Shown here: positions 58,821-64,000 of the stretch, piece by piece
How positions within the stretch are numbered: position 1 is the stretch's first letter
Layout: every line of letters begins with the position of its first letter
Assembly: GCA_000165345.1 (NCBI GenBank)
Contig: CM000431.1
Location: forward strand, 64,001 to 128,000
DNA: 64,000 bases
Direction: 5' to 3'
Translations under genes and position numbers: made by a program
The notes under the pieces: model-generated
Seen by the model: only the letters and a program-made list of their open reading frames with translations
What the model was told of the DNA's origin: nothing
Database searches by the model: none

Positions 58821-61800
58821 TCATATTAAAGAACATATCACATTTTTCAACTTTTCCAAATTTGAACGATTACTACATTCAATCCACCTATAATGCGGAA
58901 GTGGTGTTGATGGATGGGTTATAATAATCATACTAGGAGTTTCTGCCTCCCTTACTTGAAAGTAATCCGGAAATTCTCGTTTGCTTGAAGAAGAGGAGAA
59001 GGAGGAGGAAGAGGATGAATAAGATGTTGGAGTCGAAGGTCGTAATCTTTGAGAACTTCTAGTTCGTGGAGACGGAGAAATGCATTCACTCTGTCTTTGC
59101 ATTTGAATTACAATCTCTGACATCATTTTATCATTGAATAGAGTCTCTTTAAGTCCAGCTTCCTCCTTCTTATTACAAGGCATAGGGTAAATATCGTCAA
59201 TATTTAAAGCATAGCCATGGCCCTTTATTGAATTTCGATTCAATATCACACTCTTAAAGTCCTCGTTATTATTAAAGACTGATCTACAAACATTTATCTT
59301 CCTGGAATTTGATTTGGATAAGCTCCCCATTATTACATATTGAATATTGTGAAGCTGGATACTATGCTCAACGCTTACATTCTCACTTTCAGACTCAGAA
59401 CATAAAATACCACTATTCATTTGCAAGACCAATAATGAATCATTTGTTACAACTGCTATCTTTGATCCGTCCCCACAAGTTGTCACATATAAAACTCCAT
59501 TGAAAAGCTGTCCAAGTTGAATACTATTTCCTATATCATCCCTACTTGATGATATCCTCTGGTTTACTATGTGGTCAGGCCCACCAATGCATGTCACAAT
59601 GTCATGCAAAAATGCATGTTCTTTTGAAAATGGCGCCAAAACCTGAGATTTGGAATAAAATACACGTGGAAGCCTGGTTCTATTGGTATTACCAACCCTA
59701 TCAACTGTGGAAGCTTTTTGGATCCCTTGAGCAGTTTTTTGAGTAAAATCCAATACGCCTGTAATTGGTTTTACTACTGCTGCAACAAGTCCCTTAGTAA
59801 TGCCAATTGCTAAGGAATTAGGATTACCTGTTGTTGCTCCATCTAGGACTTCGCCAACAAGACTTGAGAGTCCATCAGTTACTGATTTTCCAAATGCATG
59901 AGCTCCAATACTGATTCCATCCATCAGATCTTTGGGTTGTTGTCCATGTACAAATCTTCTTCTTTCTTCCATATATTTTTCATCCATTGTTAATGCCCCA
60001 GCTATTTGACTTGCAGTTCCAGCCATCTTTGATATTGCTTGGAATGTTCCAAAAACTGAATGATTCATAAAGGATTCTATTCCTTTCTTCACTCCAGTTA
60101 CCACATTTGCTCCATTATTATTATTATTATCATTTCTTCCAGAAGTCACAGCATAAATTGGCTCATAAAACAAATCTCCAATTCCAGCTCCAATATTCGT
60201 AAAAGAGTTTACTGGATTTCCAACTGATCCTAGAGAGGTTGCAATTACATATAATTGGCTATATAGTTCATGTTCGTAATGCTTTCTGATTTTTTGAATC
60301 AAATTTGAGCAACTTTCACTATCTCTAGACTCAAATTGGTTCATCCACAAAGGAGCATCTTCAATAGTTGTAATTGATCTAATTAATGATGAAAATACCA
60401 ATCCAAAAGTGTGAGCAAACTGTTCAAGGACTTTGCCAAAATTCAAATTTTTAATGATACTACCATTTCTTTGTCTACTATTAATATTTGAGATTTCATA
60501 ATTATTTGTTGGATTTTGGAAGCTCGAAGATGAAGAAGAAGAAGATGATGATGATGATGATAATGATGATGATGACGACGATGATGAAGAAGATGATGAT
60601 GACGACAATGATGATGATGATGATGATGATAAAGAATCCGAGTTAATTGAAGATTTTAAAAGGTTCAAGTTGAAGGTCAGATGGATTACCATGGGATAAA
60701 TCTTGAAATTCTTAATAAAAACCTTATCAAAAAACGATTGTTTAAGAGGGAATTGTTTAATTATATCCTTCTTATCGATAAACTGATATTCATCATCGTC
60801 TTCTTCTTCATTCTCTTCTTCTTGTTCTTCCTCAATACCATATCCAAAATTAATATTACCACCATTATATTCATTATCATTATTTTTGGATAATTCATAA
60901 TCTCCATCACCCAAACCAAGATCATCGCATTTAGGAGATCTGCTCTCTCCGTCCAAATTGGTATTCTTATCATAATCATAAATTGAAATATTGGTTCCTG
61001 ATCTTTCTTTCTTTACATTATTACCAATTGATCTTGAAATCTCTTTAATCTGATCAATAAACATTGTAAGGATATATATAAAGTGGGTATCAAAACATAT
61101 ATTTATTCCAAGAAGTCTAATTAACAGTTTATTCACGTTAATTAGTTGTAACGAATCTCCATTACTATTCTTTTGGTTTCTCAAGAATCCTTGAGAAATT
61201 AACAACTCTGAAGGAAGTCTGATATTTGGAATATTCAAGCTTTTAAGATATTCAGAAACTTCTGAAAAGTAATTCTCTGAAAGATTCTGTGATATCAAAA
61301 TTCTTGAGTTTCTTCTATTTAAGTTTACTTCCAGTTCTTTAACATCTTCCTCCAAATCAACCTCACCACTACTATCTGAAACTTTTCCTTTTGAACTTTT
61401 TACACAATCCCAACAAAAGTTTGATGCGATTACTAACATTGGAAGTATTGATCTTTCAGAATTTGATAATAAAGATGAATTCGAATATTGATGTTGATTT
61501 GAAGAATCCAAAAAGTTATTTTGATTTGAAGAAAATGAAAATGAAGCAAAATCTGTCTTATTCGAAGCCAGGAATTTCTCTTCTAGGGTATTCAGAGTCC
61601 TTGATGAACTTGAAGGTAGTCTTTGGAAAAGTACTGGATAAAGTGTATCTTTATATTGTAAATCAATTTGTATATTTCCTATTGAAATCTGGAAATCTTG
61701 AGGAGCATTCAAATGAGTGAAGAAGCAGTATTTACTATGTAAGTTATCCAAAACTACTAGAAACAGCTCTTGAGGTGTATTTCTACTTGGATTCTCCCAA

Positions 61801-64000
61801 ATCACTGAAACTAGCACTTGAGAACAAAATATATCAAATATATATTGTTCAGAACTTGAATATCCTCTATTGAAAGAAGAAAATTTAGTTAAAGATGATG
61901 ATACCACACTTACAGGACTTCCATAACTATTTCCTGATTTAAAACTTGGAGAAGAAATTGATGTTGGTCTTGATGGTTGAAGTAAAGATAATGCTCTTCT
62001 TGTTAATCCTTTCTTACTATGCCAATCCATGAAATCTTCATATGAAAACAATCCCAAGATATAATTATTCCCTTTTGAAGATATTTTGGAAACCTTATAA
62101 ATAATCCAATCTTTCTTTTCATTTGATCCAAAGTCATAAACTTCAAATAAATGGTTCTTTTCTTGCCTTCTTTTATTGCTATAATTATCAATACTTATAT
62201 ATTTGGTCTTTTTATTCGCATTATAACCACTAATCATAGTATTGGCTGAATTTGCATTTGTTATATTCAAGTCATTATGAATAAAGATATCTCTTGGTCT
62301 GAAGTAATCTTCCCATACAAATTCTGATATTGACTTTGAACGGAATATTTGCTTTACTATTGAACTTGATGGTAAATATGTACTATTCTTGCTATCATCA
62401 TTCCTTTGGCTAATATGTAAATCCTTATTCGAACAATTAAAAATGAAGACTGAAGAAATATTACGAGTATAAAATTCTTGATTACATGTCTTTTTTGTTG
62501 TTATTAGTACCATCTCAAATCCAAGATTCTCATCTAAAATGGATCTAATCTTTAAATAAGATAATCCATCTGGTCCTTCTTCTAATGATTCAAAATTATC
62601 ATTAACTTCAGTTTTAACTTGAAATTTATCTCCTAATGGCTTTTTTAAAAGGATTTTCCAAGATTTATTCTTATTTAAAACAAAATTTGGATATATAATT
62701 GATCCACTTTTTATGGAAATCACTCGTGATCTTCTTGTTTGATCATTTCCAATATGGTAAGAAGATACTGTTCCACTTTTTACTCTATCTGATAGATTCT
62801 TATAATTTAATCTGATAGTATCTGGAAAATATGGAACTATTGGAATTGAAGTACTAGGATTTAAAATAAAGTTTGAATGACTCTGCATTTCTATAGTAAT
62901 TTTGGAGTTATTTACAACCATTTTCTGGGGAAATAAAATTAAATGGCCAATCAAAACCCTAGCAATGCTTCCATTTAGTTGAAGTTCTAAAGAAATATCT
63001 CTATAAAAGAAATTATATCCAACCATTCCAAGTTTGTCTTGAAGGATACCTAAATTATATATTCCTCCTTTTTTGGTCTTTATATGAGGTTTAGTAAAGT
63101 CAAGTATATGTTGTTTTCCATTAATTAAAGCCATAAAAACTATCTTTCTTGATTTAATCTTATCAAAAGCTCCTTCAATATGAATTGAACCTTCTCTTTT
63201 CACTAATGGGATAATGGAATGTTTAATTAAATCTCCATATTGGCCAAATAAGTTCTGATTTGATTTAAGCCAAGTATTGCTAGTCTTCATTAAATTACTT
63301 ACTGAATCTGGTGGAGGAGTAAAATCTGAAAGTATAATATTTGAAAGATTTAATTCAGATCCAACACTATTAAACCAATATTTAGAATGTACCACCCAAG
63401 TTAATGGATATCCACCTTTTGGATTCTTTTCTAAATTATATACAGAAAACATGGAAATTTTATTTTTTCCAGGAACAATTTCTCCAAGTCTTTGTAAGTA
63501 GATTTCATTATTATCACCACCATTTAAGTCATTAAGTGTATTTTGAGTCTTCCAAATACCTAATTTAATATCATTTCCTAAATCAATTAAACATGACCAA
63601 ATGACCGTAAAGTTTTGACTATTATTTTCAAAATGGTTATTATTATCAGTCTTAGAATCTTTTCGTGATTTAACTCCAATTTCTAACTTTACTTGAGGAT
63701 TTTCATCAAATAAAGAACAAGGTAAATATAGAGCTTTTGGTTTCATATATTCCAAAATACCAGAATTACTTGAAAAATCTTGATCATTGATTTGAGTGGT
63801 TATAACATTTAATTTATTATTTCCTTCTTTTTCACTAGTAAAAGCAAAGAATCTGTATTCAAGATCCAATGGTAAAGTTGAAATAAGGGTCAAAAAAGGC
63901 TTAAACTTTAGGATATATTTATAGAATTGATACTTTCCTTGACCAAAAGTTGACATTATTCCTTCAATTGTAATATAGAATCCAACTCCTGCACATTCTC
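58821..64000 (-). CDS. Large VPS13-like protein, C-terminal 1711+ aa. The frame stays open past the in-window ATG at 63956 up to the window edge, so the gene is probably 5'-partial.
   Basis: A glycine-rich ATG_C-type segment (GEVLDGATTGNPNSLAIGITKGLVAAVVKPITGVLDFTQKTAQGIQKA) is typical of Vps13/Atg2 C-termini. It also has a poly-Ser/acidic tract and a very large size. Confidence 0.5.
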   Translation of the reverse strand, partial: ECAGVGFYITIEGIMSTFGQGKYQFYKYILKFKPFLTLISTLPLDLEYRFFAFTSEKEGNNKLNVITTQINDQDFSSNSGILEYMKPKALYLPCSLFDENPQVKLEIGVKSRKDSKTDNNNHFENNSQNFTVIWSCLIDLGNDIKLGIWKTQNTLNDLNGGDNNEIYLQRLGEIVPGKNKISMFSVYNLEKNPKGGYPLTWVVHSKYWFNSVGSELNLSNIILSDFTPPPDSVSNLMKTSNTWLKSNQNLFGQYGDLIKHSIIPLVKREGSIHIEGAFDKIKSRKIVFMALINGKQHILDFTKPHIKTKKGGIYNLGILQDKLGMVGYNFFYRDISLELQLNGSIARVLIGHLILFPQKMVVNNSKITIEMQSHSNFILNPSTSIPIVPYFPDTIRLNYKNLSDRVKSGTVSSYHIGNDQTRRSRVISIKSGSIIYPNFVLNKNKSWKILLKKPLGDKFQVKTEVNDNFESLEEGPDGLSYLKIRSILDENLGFEMVLITTKKTCNQEFYTRNISSVFIFNCSNKDLHISQRNDDSKNSTYLPSSSIVKQIFRSKSISEFVWEDYFRPRDIFIHNDLNITNANSANTMISGYNANKKTKYISIDNYSNKRRQEKNHLFEVYDFGSNEKKDWIIYKVSKISSKGNNYILGLFSYEDFMDWHSKKGLTRRALSLLQPSRPTSISSPSFKSGNSYGSPVSVVSSSLTKFSSFNRGYSSSEQYIFDIFCSQVLVSVIWENPSRNTPQELFLVVLDNLHSKYCFFTHLNAPQDFQISIGNIQIDLQYKDTLYPVLFQRLPSSSSRTLNTLEEKFLASNKTDFASFSFSSNQNNFLDSSNQHQYSNSSLLSNSERSILPMLVIASNFCWDCVKSSKGKVSDSSGEVDLEEDVKELEVNLNRRNSRILISQNLSENYFSEVSEYLKSLNIPNIRLPSELLISQGFLRNQKNSNGDSLQLINVNKLLIRLLGINICFDTHFIYILTMFIDQIKEISRSIGNNVKKERSGTNISIYDYDKNTNLDGESRSPKCDDLGLGDGDYELSKNNDNEYNGGNINFGYGIEEEQEEENEEEDDDEYQFIDKKDIIKQFPLKQSFFDKVFIKNFKIYPMVIHLTFNLNLLKSSINSDSLSSSSSSSLSSSSSSSSSSSSSSLSSSSSSSSSSSSSFQNPTNNYEISNINSRQRNGSIIKNLNFGKVLEQFAHTFGLVFSSLIRSITTIEDAPLWMNQFESRDSESCSNLIQKIRKHYEHELYSQLYVIATSLGSVGNPVNSFTNIGAGIGDLFYEPIYAVTSGRNDNNNNNGANVVTGVKKGIESFMNHSVFGTFQAISKMAGTASQIAGALTMDEKYMEERRRFVHGQQPKDLMDGISIGAHAFGKSVTDGLSSLVGEVLDGATTGNPNSLAIGITKGLVAAVVKPITGVLDFTQKTAQGIQKASTVDRVGNTNRTRLPRVFYSKSQVLAPFSKEHAFLHDIVTCIGGPDHIVNQRISSSRDDIGNSIQLGQLFNGVLYVTTCGDGSKIAVVTNDSLLVLQMNSGILCSESESENVSVEHSIQLHNIQYVIMGSLSKSNSRKINVCRSVFNNNEDFKSVILNRNSIKGHGYALNIDDIYPMPCNKKEEAGLKETLFNDKMMSEIVIQMQRQSECISPSPRTRSSQRLRPSTPTSYSSSSSSFSSSSSKREFPDYFQVREAETPSMIIITHPSTPLPHYRWIECSNRSNLEKLKNVICSLI

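Overview
This window is AT-rich (about 30% GC overall) eukaryotic nuclear DNA. It is gene-dense, mostly intron-poor, and contains one 500-nt run of N (an assembly gap). It is not a prokaryotic locus. I found no CRISPR array, rRNA gene, or recognisable transposase, reverse transcriptase or integrase.

The gene content points to an apicomplexan, most consistent with a Cryptosporidium-type genome. The evidence is a kelch-domain PPP phosphatase (PPKL), an atypical CDPK-like kinase with C-terminal EF-hands, and an N-myristoyltransferase. The intergenic regions are full of E2F-like sites (TTGGCGCC, GGCGGGAA) and TGCATGCA boxes. This taxonomic call is inference.

I can support 17 protein-coding genes (two run off the window edges) and one tRNA-Trp(CCA):
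- PPKL phosphatase, three exons, partial, with an apparent double frameshift
- CDPK-like kinase
- Ski2-family DExH helicase
- G3BP-like NTF2+RRM protein
- RCC1-repeat protein
- N-myristoyltransferase
- HSD17B10-like short-chain dehydrogenase/reductase (SDR)
- multi-pass membrane protein
- CAF1/POP2 deadenylase
- RecQ helicase
- full-length ABCC-type ABC transporter
- Sec1/Munc18-like protein
- VPS13-like C-terminal region
- several hypothetical low-complexity proteins

For the hunt, the points most worth a second look are:
- a minisatellite carrying telomere-like motifs, bounded by 19-bp direct repeats
- palindromic double E2F-like sites, including one in a 3'-3' convergent gap
- a recurrent TACCGGT palindrome in upstream regions
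- a 1.95-kb gene-less interval carrying promoter motifs and a candidate 47-nt intron
- a gene of extreme composition that spans the gap
- two compensating frameshifts in the PPKL catalytic domain

One caution on the ORF track: it omits a hand-verified 678-codon open frame on the minus strand (346..2379).
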